Shown here: piece by piece, positions 8,409 through 15,924 of the stretch | Numbering within the stretch: the first letter of the stretch is position 1 | How the letters are laid out: every line of letters begins with the position of its first letter | DNA from: a virus | Lineage: Duplodnaviria; Caudoviricetes | Strand: one strand, 5' to 3' | DNA length: 26,211 nucleotides | Virus record (IMG/VR): IMGVR_UViG_3300037243_000077 | Span: 1 to 26,211 of that record | Made by a program: the position numbers and the translations under genes | Notes under the pieces: generated by a model | The model's input: the letters and a program-made list of their open reading frames with translations, nothing else | Database searches by the model: none | What the model was told of the DNA's origin: nothing

Positions 8409-9058
8409 AGCAGATGTCTCCAATACTTTCCACGGCACAGAGCGCCCATATAGTCCACTCCCACGCCAAAGGATTCACTCAGCTCTACATACGTCATTCC
8501 CTTTCCGCGAAGAGAGCGTATCTCAAGCACATCATTCTCCGTCAGCTTGGCAGTGTGTATCTTTTCCCCCTTTGCCTGCCTCCCCTTGCGGTTACGGTCT
8601 TGTATATTTTCCAAGCCACTTCCAGCAAACAAATGATCGGGCCGAACACAAGGAGGATTGTCGCACGTATGGCACACATCTAAATCGTCGGAGATAGAAC
8701 CGTGGCTTAATTCGTAGGCAACTCTGTGAGCTTTCTTGGTTTTATTGTCGATTTTGAGAAGTCCGTAGTCCCAAGGTGGGTTATACCTCGATCCCATCCA
8801 AAGCCAGCACCCATTTTTCTTGGAAGATTTCTCGACCTTACGCCAAAAACGTATTTCAAAGGGAACTTTAGAGCGCCTGTCGTGATGCCGCCTTGCGAAT
8901 TTACGGGGGACACCCTTAACCCAACCGTGCCAGTGATCGTTAGCGGGTGATATTTTTGTTTTTTGGCCACAACCACAATGACAGTAGCCATAGGGAATGG
9001 AATCGGTGCTAGAATCGTCAGGTGAGGGCGTTGCAGCCTGTTCGTTCAGGTCTGACAT
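8405..9058 (-). CDS. HNH homing endonuclease (CHCGCG N-terminal motif, C-terminal HTH)
   Basis: CWLW.G...YG...AHRVAY...VCHTCDNPPCVRPDHL, then KLTE..V.EIR HTH; GGAGG SD before ATG 9058. Confidence 0.92.
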   Translation of the reverse strand: MSDLNEQAATPSPDDSSTDSIPYGYCHCGCGQKTKISPANDHWHGWVKGVPRKFARRHHDRRSKVPFEIRFWRKVEKSSKKNGCWLWMGSRYNPPWDYGLLKIDNKTKKAHRVAYELSHGSISDDLDVCHTCDNPPCVRPDHLFAGSGLENIQDRNRKGRQAKGEKIHTAKLTENDVLEIRSLRGKGMTYVELSESFGVGVDYMGALCRGKYWRHLL

Positions 9059-9098
9059 GATCGGTTCCTCCAGAACCTTTTGTGTTGCAGCGTCCTCT

Positions 9099-9127
9099 AT
9101 AATACTACCAAGGCAATAGTTCATCAA
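9099..9127 (-). promoter_or_regulatory. Sigma70-type promoter for HNH/polymerase overlapping the UDG 3' end
   Basis: TTGATG-17 nt-TATTAT. Confidence 0.6.
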
Positions 9128-9794
9128 GATCATTTGCGTTGACTATCCGATAATCTTCCTTTCCCGCCCACTCATCCACAACCACATCTATTTCTCCGTC
9201 ATTCAACCTGCCTAGCTGTAAGCAATCATCTAATATCATCGGCATCTGATCCGGACTGTACACGCAATTAGCGGGGTGTAACATTGGAAGTATAAGCCAC
9301 CCGCCTCTATCCCCTTTCGCACCCGCCCGCGAGCTAGTCAACGAGCTATAAGTAACCTCCCCACCAAACAATTCAGTCACCAACTTAGGCACTCCATGAC
9401 ACTTACCTAAATCGACCTTGCCCTCTCTCAGCACCCATTCTATTGCCCACGTCCCTACCAGCCCTATAATCAGGGGGTCGCACGCCAATACCTCTTGAAT
9501 CAGGTCTGGGAGGTCACGCTCTAACTCCTCACTAGTTGGTTTGGTATAGTCGGTGAACTCAAACACACAATTAGTCACAAATATAGTGTCGCGAGGGACA
9601 TTGGCTATAGTAAGGAACTGGTTGAGGTAGGTGCCGGAAATCCCGCAGAATGGAATTCCACGACGAGCTTCATCTCTGCCCGGCTTCTCTCCAATCAGAC
9701 AAATTTGCGACGGAATCGGGCCTTCACCGGGCACACGCTTGAACGATTTAGTTGCAAACGGGGAAGCGCGATGAAATCCACTACCTTTAGGCAT
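9105..9794 (-). CDS. Uracil-DNA glycosylase family 4-like protein (phage polymerase-associated type)
   Basis: GEGP...IGEKPG..E...GIPFCG.SG..L, FVTN.V, HPA motifs; lacks the N-terminal Fe-S cysteines. Confidence 0.9.
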   Translation of the reverse strand: MPKGSGFHRASPFATKSFKRVPGEGPIPSQICLIGEKPGRDEARRGIPFCGISGTYLNQFLTIANVPRDTIFVTNCVFEFTDYTKPTSEELERDLPDLIQEVLACDPLIIGLVGTWAIEWVLREGKVDLGKCHGVPKLVTELFGGEVTYSSLTSSRAGAKGDRGGWLILPMLHPANCVYSPDQMPMILDDCLQLGRLNDGEIDVVVDEWAGKEDYRIVNANDLDELLPW

Positions 9795-9797
9795 TGA

Positions 9798-10154
9798 CTA
9801 TTCCCCCTCATACGGAAATGTCACTTTATCTCTAGTCGCCAACTCCACCAATACCCCTCTATTCACAGCTTCCCTGACTATATCCATCACCCTGATATCC
9901 GACTTCACCCTCTCATGAAATACCATCAGTAAGTCTACTTGACCAACCGGCAATCCATCGCACATGACACAGTCAATCCCCAACTCTATCGCCGCCCTAC
10001 CACCTCTTTCCGCAGCCCCGAACGGCTTACTATTGCCGTTACTATCGCAAATAATCAGGGTAATGGGATCGACTTCGGTATGCCAATAGTGGATGCGCTG
10101 AAATATTAGCCACATATTCGTGGTCAGGGGATCGCCAGTGATAGCCAAAATCAT
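9798..10154 (-). CDS. SLOG/YspA-like (DUF2493-like) protein
   Basis: MILAITG...LII...GAA...A.ELGI...DLLMVFH...A...GV.V pattern. Confidence 0.55.
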   Translation of the reverse strand: MILAITGDPLTTNMWLIFQRIHYWHTEVDPITLIICDSNGNSKPFGAAERGGRAAIELGIDCVMCDGLPVGQVDLLMVFHERVKSDIRVMDIVREAVNRGVLVELATRDKVTFPYEGE

Positions 10155-10156
10155 CG

Positions 10157-10444
10157 CTATTCGCCCTCATATTTTTCTCTGCAGAACGTCACAAAATACA
10201 ACACATCATAATCAAATGTAGGCTCACCACTCTCAGGCGCATCCTCACTAACCTCTATCCCTAATGCCCTGCCGTCAGTCTTCGACCATTGTGGCTTGCT
10301 CCCGCACCCTGCACACCAGTGAACATAGCCGGTTGGCTGATTACGTTTAGCAATAGTCTGGATCATGACATTTAATTGCTGCATTTCCGAGTCAGTGACA
10401 TCGACTTGGATAGCGAAATCAATCTCTATCTTTCTGATCAACAC
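10157..10444 (-). CDS. Hypothetical protein
   Basis: 95-aa ORF coupled in operon. Confidence 0.6.
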   Translation of the reverse strand: MLIRKIEIDFAIQVDVTDSEMQQLNVMIQTIAKRNQPTGYVHWCAGCGSKPQWSKTDGRALGIEVSEDAPESGEPTFDYDVLYFVTFCREKYEGE

Positions 10445-10641
10445 TTAACCTGCCTCCTCGCCTTCATACACTTCTTGCAATTGTCAGGACTATCATCGCC
10501 GCCAGTTATTGCATCGGCATTCGATCCCAATATTGCGTAACCTCCACAAGCCGCTATCCCGTTCGTGCCGAAGTAATGCCATTTACGAGAGTTGTGAATC
10601 CAGTTCCAGCCCGCCTTACGCTCAACTTTGGCTGTAGTCAT
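10438..10641 (-). CDS. Small Zn-binding protein
   Basis: WH...ACG...CKKC motif; ATGA-coupled. Confidence 0.7.
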   Translation of the reverse strand: MTTAKVERKAGWNWIHNSRKWHYFGTNGIAACGGYAILGSNADAITGGDDSPDNCKKCMKARRQVKC

Positions 10642-11420
10642 CGGTGTTTGCCTCCATTCCCATTCCCGTTATTACTATTGTGGATAGCCTTGTATACAGT
10701 CTTAGCTATCCCACGGCCTATACCGTCTATACTCGCCCACTCCTGCTCGCTAGCATTTACCATGGACTCCACGGAACTAAATCTCGCCGCTACCGCTTCC
10801 GATCTAATGTCACGTATTCCCGGCAACTCTTTCGCTACCATTCTGACCAATGAGGGCTTAATCAGTAACGCCTTGTCCACGAACAGCTTCTTGCCCCCAT
10901 ACAACACCCCTACCGACTTATGATCCTCTTTCTGGTACCAACCGTAAGCCACTTTCAGCCAACGTGCCACATCCTCGTAGGTGTTAGCTTTGACTATTCT
11001 GACCGATGCTAGTATGGCTATCGACATTAACCATGACTCGACATCCCGCCACATCCACTGGCGCTGACCACCACCACTCTCTGCCCAATACCACCCCCCG
11101 CCGCGTCCCTGTTTACGCTGCTCTAATACCCCGTCAGCGGCTCGACATCTCCACTCACCCTCGATCAACAGGTACAAGTGGTCGTAGCATTTCAACATCC
11201 CCGGCAACTGATGGCCAGCGTATCTACCGCCGATTATGCAGGCAAGAATATCATCCAGAGACTTGCACTCAACGCCTACATTTACCGGGAGTCCGTCTTG
11301 ACCATGCCCTAACCACGCTACATCCCCGAAGCTAAGTCTAGTCAGCTCTACCTCAACACCTAGCCCTTTCAATAAGGGAAAAAGTTTCTCGGAACCGGCC
11401 CTGTTATCCACAGAAATCAA
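10638..11420 (-). CDS. ERCC4/XPF-Mus81-like structure-specific nuclease with C-terminal HhH
   Basis: ISVDNR, L.FGD, VECKS..D, Q...M, LLIEG; HhH motifs LPGI and IDGIG. Confidence 0.88.
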   Translation of the reverse strand: MISVDNRAGSEKLFPLLKGLGVEVELTRLSFGDVAWLGHGQDGLPVNVGVECKSLDDILACIIGGRYAGHQLPGMLKCYDHLYLLIEGEWRCRAADGVLEQRKQGRGGGWYWAESGGGQRQWMWRDVESWLMSIAILASVRIVKANTYEDVARWLKVAYGWYQKEDHKSVGVLYGGKKLFVDKALLIKPSLVRMVAKELPGIRDIRSEAVAARFSSVESMVNASEQEWASIDGIGRGIAKTVYKAIHNSNNGNGNGGKHR

Positions 11421-11935
11421 AGAGATTTCTCCCTTGCTGCCCGCTTTACCTTACAGCGCTTCAGAGTGGCCGCCGCACATATTCGGCAACGGCGCTTACA
11501 CTTTCCAGTTTTTGGGATTCTTAAATTAGTCCCGCTGAGAGGATGACCGTTCTTGCAATGGGTCTTTCGGGACTCGTTACCTCGTTTCTTCCTTTCTCTG
11601 TCTGCCATATTGTCCCGAGCAGAGCCCAAGAAAAGGTGGTACGGTCTGACACAGCCGGGAGTATCACAATGGTGACAAGCATGTTTCTTGGTATTTGTAA
11701 TTGCCTCTTCCATGCCTTTAAAGGCCCATAGTACGATCTTCGTAATAGAATAATGTTTACTGTCCACCATGATAAGCCCATAACCACTGTTGTTTAGTCC
11801 TCCCGTCCACATCCAGCAACCTGTCTCAGTATCTACTACTCTTCGGCTCCTAATAAATTCCCTCAAATGAGACTTTGACATGGGATGTCTTATAGTCCCG
11901 CAAGTCTCCCTGCTCAAAGGCTTTATTCCGTTCAT
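11417..11935 (-). CDS. HNH endonuclease with C-terminal Zn finger
   Basis: CWMWTG...GYG, ACHHCDTPGCVRPYHL.LG...N; KTHCKNGH...RRCRIC. Confidence 0.9.
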   Translation of the reverse strand: MNGIKPLSRETCGTIRHPMSKSHLREFIRSRRVVDTETGCWMWTGGLNNSGYGLIMVDSKHYSITKIVLWAFKGMEEAITNTKKHACHHCDTPGCVRPYHLFLGSARDNMADRERKKRGNESRKTHCKNGHPLSGTNLRIPKTGKCKRRCRICAAATLKRCKVKRAAREKSL

Positions 11936-12102
11936 TCGTCCGCCTTTAGCTTCGGAGCTGTATCCCAGTAAGGCGATTTACATTTAGCGCAGCGAAGGGG
12001 TCTGCTCGATACCCAGACCCCCCTTTTATCCCTGTGAACTATACGCGGCACCCACTTATACCCACAACGCTTGCACTCAGATTGCGTCATCGAGATTTTC
12101 AT
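11932..12102 (-). CDS. Small Zn-ribbon protein (56 aa, missing from ORF track), probably leaderless
   Basis: Hand translation MKISMTQSECKRCGYKWVPR...PLRCAKCKSPYWD...; stop overlaps the HNH ATG. Confidence 0.8.
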   Translation of the reverse strand: MKISMTQSECKRCGYKWVPRIVHRDKRGVWVSSRPLRCAKCKSPYWDTAPKLKADE

Positions 12103-12109
12103 GGATTAC

Positions 12110-12137
12110 AGTGTACACTAAAGGAAAGTGATGTCAA
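12110..12137 (-). promoter_or_regulatory. Sigma70-type promoter
   Basis: TTGACA-16 nt-TACACT, with ATG 7 nt downstream. Confidence 0.7.
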
Positions 12138-12183
12138 CAGTAATTATGAGAGGCACGGTCATCAATCTGGATGCACACGGCAA

Positions 12184-12309
12184 CTACTCCCCCTCTAACT
12201 CATCTTCATCTTCATCTTCATCTTCATCACATGTACATTCATCCAACGGATACCCGCAGTCCCCGCATACTTCATCGCCGACAAATCCACCATCCCAAGG
12301 CTCACTCAT
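12184..12309 (-). CDS. Very acidic 41-aa Cys4 microprotein (missing from ORF track)
   Basis: MSEPWDGGFVGDEVCGDCGYPLDECTCDEDEDEDEDELEGE; GGAGG SD. Confidence 0.7.
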   Translation of the reverse strand: MSEPWDGGFVGDEVCGDCGYPLDECTCDEDEDEDEDELEGE

Positions 12310-12326
12310 CTCAGTTATCCTCCCCT

Positions 12327-12575
12327 CTATATTCTCATCTTTCGTTCTGTGTAAATTGGGTCAACATCCTTACTCTGACTAACGATTAAACCGCCACCAC
12401 TTATCATCGACACTTCTACACGCTTCCCTGTTGTCGTCCAGACCGCTTTACACGATTTATCCACGGTAGCAGCTCCAAACGCTTCGTCGATAGCGTCAAT
12501 AACTGGCCAACCAGACTGAGCTATCTTGACGGCCATCGTATGAGGCAACGGTTCAAAGTTAGAAACTGGTTTCAT
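12327..12575 (-). CDS. Hypothetical protein
   Basis: ATGA-coupled; GGAGG SD. Confidence 0.65.
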   Translation of the reverse strand: MKPVSNFEPLPHTMAVKIAQSGWPVIDAIDEAFGAATVDKSCKAVWTTTGKRVEVSMISGGGLIVSQSKDVDPIYTERKMRI

Positions 12576-12811
12576 GCTGTTATCCCCTCCTCTCCCTCAT
12601 CGCCGTCGTCCTCTATATTCTCGTCATCTACCCCGTGATATTCATCTGCACACTCTCGACTACAGAATTCATTCCCGTCATCATCAATAATCTCGGGCAC
12701 ATCACCATATTCAGCCGGTGAACAATCCTCGGGAGGGCCGGATAGTTTAGCCTCGTAGTATGACCCACACACTATTCCACACTGAGCGCATTCGATTGGT
12801 ATTTTACTCAT
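12572..12811 (-). CDS. Acidic Zn-binding protein (CxxC...FCSxxC)
   Basis: 24 D/E versus 3 K/R in 79 aa. Confidence 0.7.
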   Translation of the reverse strand: MSKIPIECAQCGIVCGSYYEAKLSGPPEDCSPAEYGDVPEIIDDDGNEFCSRECADEYHGVDDENIEDDGDEGEEGITA

Positions 12812-12836
12812 TGCTCATTGCTCCTCATCTTCCGAG

Positions 12837-13169
12837 CTAAAATCCAACATCGTGTCCACAGCATTCACCAGAGCAATAAACGTGATGCTCAACACTGTAT
12901 GCATTCTTCTCGGGCACTGACTTATGGCAGTATTCGCACTCGATACAACCGTCGAATTCAACATATTCAGCACCAACCCCGGCAGTAGGAAACTGCCTCA
13001 CAGACGGGTCAACGATAGTTCCATCAGGAGATATACACCACCAGTGGGGCTGCTTTCCCCACATTGGACACACATAAAACCCGCGAACAATTCGCAATGA
13101 AGGATTAGATAGAACCATGGATTCTGATAATTCTTTGCACTTTCCTCGAAATTGTAAGTAATCGCTCAT
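12837..13169 (-). CDS. Hypothetical protein; possible transglutaminase/papain-like Cys-His-Asp domain plus C-terminal Zn finger
   Basis: GKC...HWW...IVDP; CEYC...YCSGEC. Confidence 0.6.
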   Translation of the reverse strand: MSDYLQFRGKCKELSESMVLSNPSLRIVRGFYVCPMWGKQPHWWCISPDGTIVDPSVRQFPTAGVGAEYVEFDGCIECEYCHKSVPEKNAYSVEHHVYCSGECCGHDVGF

Positions 13170-13182
13170 TACTCATCTCCCT

Positions 13183-14049
13183 CTACTGATTGGCAAACAC
13201 CAGACTCATCAACGCTTCAAAGTCATTCTCAATGACCAACCCATTGATATCGGGTTGGGAGCGGCAGTCATTGATAGTCATCTGAAAATCACTACCTCCA
13301 CCGTCTTTATCTACCCGCTCACAAGTAGACACGACCTGTACTTGGCTGGGAAGCTCATTGAATCCCGTCCTCTCGTACTCTCCAGTTTTTCTGCTCTTGT
13401 CTTTGCCGTCAGTCCCTTTATAAGACTCCCATACCGGCTTCGATTGGGACAAGAAAATGGTATTACCATTATGGTTGTATACCTCGCGGAGTAAAGTCCG
13501 CATCTCTTTATTGATCCGGGCATAGAATATCGCCGGGACTTGCAACAATTTCCCCAGCCTGCACAACCTGAGTAGCTCCCACATTTCAGTCGATGTATCG
13601 ACGATAGATGTGCCATTGCCGCAACTCGCCAACCCGTCACGGAAATTAGCCACAAACGCGTCCCAGACTACCGATGCTGCGTCCGCCACCTCCTGATCCG
13701 ATGCCTCACCGGGCTGTACGGTTAATTCATACTCGGCAACGTATATCTTCTTTTTGAGAAGGAATTTGTCAATCACACCTTCATTGCCAATGTCAAATGA
13801 ATGTTGGTAGATTGGGGCGGGGGCAGTGAATCCGAAATGTGACTTCCCGGATTTGAAAATTCCCGATGCCTCTACTACCAGTCTCGGGGTACGGGTGGAT
13901 ACCTTGGCTTCGACAAATGACGTGTTGGCGTTAGAGGGTTTATGGCCATTACCACTACTTGCAGCCGGTCGCCGAATGACAGGCGCGGAGGCGGTAGTGG
14001 ATGTATTGTCGTCGGATACAGTGGTAGTCGGTCGTAAATTAAGTGCCAC
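13183..14049 (-). CDS. AAA ATPase (Sak4/AAA_24-like recombination protein)
   Basis: Walker A GIFKSGKS, SFD.G.EG, Walker B SIVDT. Confidence 0.8.
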   Translation of the reverse strand: MALNLRPTTTVSDDNTSTTASAPVIRRPAASSGNGHKPSNANTSFVEAKVSTRTPRLVVEASGIFKSGKSHFGFTAPAPIYQHSFDIGNEGVIDKFLLKKKIYVAEYELTVQPGEASDQEVADAASVVWDAFVANFRDGLASCGNGTSIVDTSTEMWELLRLCRLGKLLQVPAIFYARINKEMRTLLREVYNHNGNTIFLSQSKPVWESYKGTDGKDKSRKTGEYERTGFNELPSQVQVVSTCERVDKDGGGSDFQMTINDCRSQPDINGLVIENDFEALMSLVFANQ

Positions 14050-14602
14050 GCTTTTTCTCCAGATTTCTGTAGTAGTCCCTAAAGTAATGACTACGGTTAT
14101 ACTTGAGCGTATATTCTCGATGGCACGCTCGGCATCTTCGGCACGGATTACCTCCAGAATTGATTCTCCAGTAAGTGTTTTCCTCGTCGAACGGGTGGCC
14201 GTTCTTACAGAAATCTTTCCGTGAGTTTCTCTGCCGCCGTCTGCTTACAGCGTCATGAATATTTTCTTTTTGCGTTCCCGAGTACAGATGAGCAGGCCGA
14301 AAACAAGCAGGGTTATCACACTTATGTAGAGCCATGATCTTTTCCGAGTGCATTCCTGTTCCATCGGCACTCAACTTAGGGCCATCATCATTCTTAAATA
14401 CCCAGAGAGATATCGTACACACGTTATGTATTCGGCCATCTACGTCAAGCATCCCGTAACCAAACCCGTGATGCGCCCCCATCCACTCCCAGCATCCCGC
14501 AGGTGTCACTTTGCGGTGAATTAAAAGCTCTTTGCGAAGCACTTTTTTGTCCCATGTTCTCCCTCTGACGGCTGGGGCAAAATTGTGCTTAGGGCGGGCC
14601 AT
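14039..14602 (-). CDS. HNH endonuclease with C-terminal Zn finger
   Basis: CWEW.G...GYG, LHKCDNPACFRPAHL..GT..EN; CKNGH...CRAC. Confidence 0.9.
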   Translation of the reverse strand: MARPKHNFAPAVRGRTWDKKVLRKELLIHRKVTPAGCWEWMGAHHGFGYGMLDVDGRIHNVCTISLWVFKNDDGPKLSADGTGMHSEKIMALHKCDNPACFRPAHLYSGTQKENIHDAVSRRRQRNSRKDFCKNGHPFDEENTYWRINSGGNPCRRCRACHREYTLKYNRSHYFRDYYRNLEKKRGT

Positions 14603-14609
14603 TTGCCAG

Positions 14610-14813
14610 TTACCTCCCCTCTTTCTCAGCCTGTTTCAGCTTAGTGTCCGCCCACGAGATGGCACTATTAGCCACAAACCGATTGAAACTCAATCCACAA
14701 TAGTCAGCCGCCCGTTGGATTAGTAGAGCTTCCTTGCGGGAGGGGAACCGAATAGTACGGACGAAAGGCTTAGGGGCAGAGGGGGAGGACTTCGATTTGA
14801 TGCGATTTGACAT
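14610..14813 (-). CDS. Ribbon-helix-helix (DUF1778-like) DNA-binding protein
   Basis: RTIRF...E..LIQRAA...GLSFNRFV. Confidence 0.75.
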   Translation of the reverse strand: MSNRIKSKSSPSAPKPFVRTIRFPSRKEALLIQRAADYCGLSFNRFVANSAISWADTKLKQAEKEGR

Positions 14814-14851
14814 AACGGTTACACTCTATAGTCGAATGTAACCGTTGTCAA
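14807..14851 (-). promoter_or_regulatory. Promoter with overlapping inverted-repeat operator
   Basis: TTGACA-17 nt-TAGAGT; perfect 10-bp arms aacggttaca (14814-14823) / tgtaaccgtt (14837-14846). Confidence 0.8.
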
Positions 14852-14883
14852 TGGAAATGTTTGGGAATTATTGAGCGCCATAA

Positions 14884-15129
14884 TTATTTGTCCCCTCCTT
14901 CATACTTAGCCGCAATACCAGGATCGATGGGAATCTTGTCGCTCAGATGCCAGCCCCAAGCCTCCCACTCGGCTTCCTCTCTGGTAGCATATCTTCCGAT
15001 ACCGGTCTGCTGCACGTCGGGATAGCTGCCGCCCTTGCCGTCCTCTACCACTACCATGTGGATAGCCGCATAGCCGCTGCCAAGTAGTGCTACTTCTAGT
15101 CGCTCAGACACTACTCTTTCCTTTGCCAT
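14884..15129 (-). CDS. Hypothetical protein
   Basis: ORF in operon with SD. Confidence 0.65.
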   Translation of the reverse strand: MAKERVVSERLEVALLGSGYAAIHMVVVEDGKGGSYPDVQQTGIGRYATREEAEWEAWGWHLSDKIPIDPGIAAKYEGGDK

Positions 15130-15131
15130 TT

Positions 15132-15374
15132 CTATTTCCCCTTCAAATATTCATCGACAGCCGAATGCGTCAGCCCCAATACTACCGCCACCCGATGCGA
15201 GTTGACGTGATGATTGGAAATGAATTTGTCTACTGCATCCTGTTGACGACTGGTCAATGTCAATGGCTTATATTTAGACGCTATCCTCTGCATATACCCT
15301 GCACGCTTGGCACGTTTGGCGGCGGATATATTGGACGCTTTGGATCTTAACGGTCGAAATCGATGTCTGAACAT
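15132..15374 (-). CDS. Basic protein with possible C-terminal HTH
   Basis: SHRVAVVLGLTHSAVDEYL. Confidence 0.55.
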   Translation of the reverse strand: MFRHRFRPLRSKASNISAAKRAKRAGYMQRIASKYKPLTLTSRQQDAVDKFISNHHVNSHRVAVVLGLTHSAVDEYLKGK

Positions 15375-15376
15375 TG

Positions 15377-15922
15377 CTAGTTTCCCCCTTCTCTCGGCAG
15401 CACTCTTGCATCTGCCGACATCATCAGCAACCTTATATATTCAGCGGCCTTCTCATATCCCCAAGCATGAATCAGACGCCCATCCTTGGTCGTGTCCTCT
15501 GCCGGAAATATCTCATCCGCTGTCTCATTAATTACCGAATCTGACCAGTCAATACTAATTACACTCTTTCGCCACCCAATCTTAATTCTACCCTTGGTAG
15601 GGGTAGTGATGATAAACCACGGCTTCCTTGAACAGCACGGGCCGTTACAATAGCCATTGGAAATTTCCTCAACAAATACGGGCTGTTGGAATAGAGCTAT
15701 AATCTGCAGCCTCTCCTGTGCCGCCCGTACTGTCCATCCTAGGTCCAATCTGATCGTCTCCCGCTCAATCGCGTCTACAATAGCGTCAGAGGCTGTGCGT
15801 AAAGCGTATCTGTCTTCGTCCGTCAACTCTCTGTCTAGTTTGACGAATATTCGGACGCCTAGCCCATTGGATTGCTCATACGAGTGGCCGCATTTATAGC
15901 CTTCTAAATCGAATCCCAACAT
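15377..15922 (-). CDS. Hypothetical phage protein
   Basis: NGYC..PCC...PW...GRIKIGWRKSVISIDW; 181 aa in operon. Confidence 0.7.
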   Translation of the reverse strand: MLGFDLEGYKCGHSYEQSNGLGVRIFVKLDRELTDEDRYALRTASDAIVDAIERETIRLDLGWTVRAAQERLQIIALFQQPVFVEEISNGYCNGPCCSRKPWFIITTPTKGRIKIGWRKSVISIDWSDSVINETADEIFPAEDTTKDGRLIHAWGYEKAAEYIRLLMMSADARVLPREGGN

Positions 15923-15924
15923 TG

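Noticed and set aside
8430-9110. Group I intron or intein between UDG and polymerase
   Set aside because: The HNH ORF fills nearly the whole interval, I could not recognise intron core elements, and a stop codon plus a different HNH frame rule out an intein. A covariance-model search would settle the intron question
9600-9608. 9-nt match (ATTGGCTAT) to the predicted TnpB guide
   Set aside because: Too short and not preceded by TTGAG; could easily be chance
13395-13415. Segment 20904-20938 can encode DGKDK, as does the AAA ATPase here (possible second protospacer)
   Set aside because: Nucleotide identity is low and limited to about 15 nt; cannot be distinguished from chance
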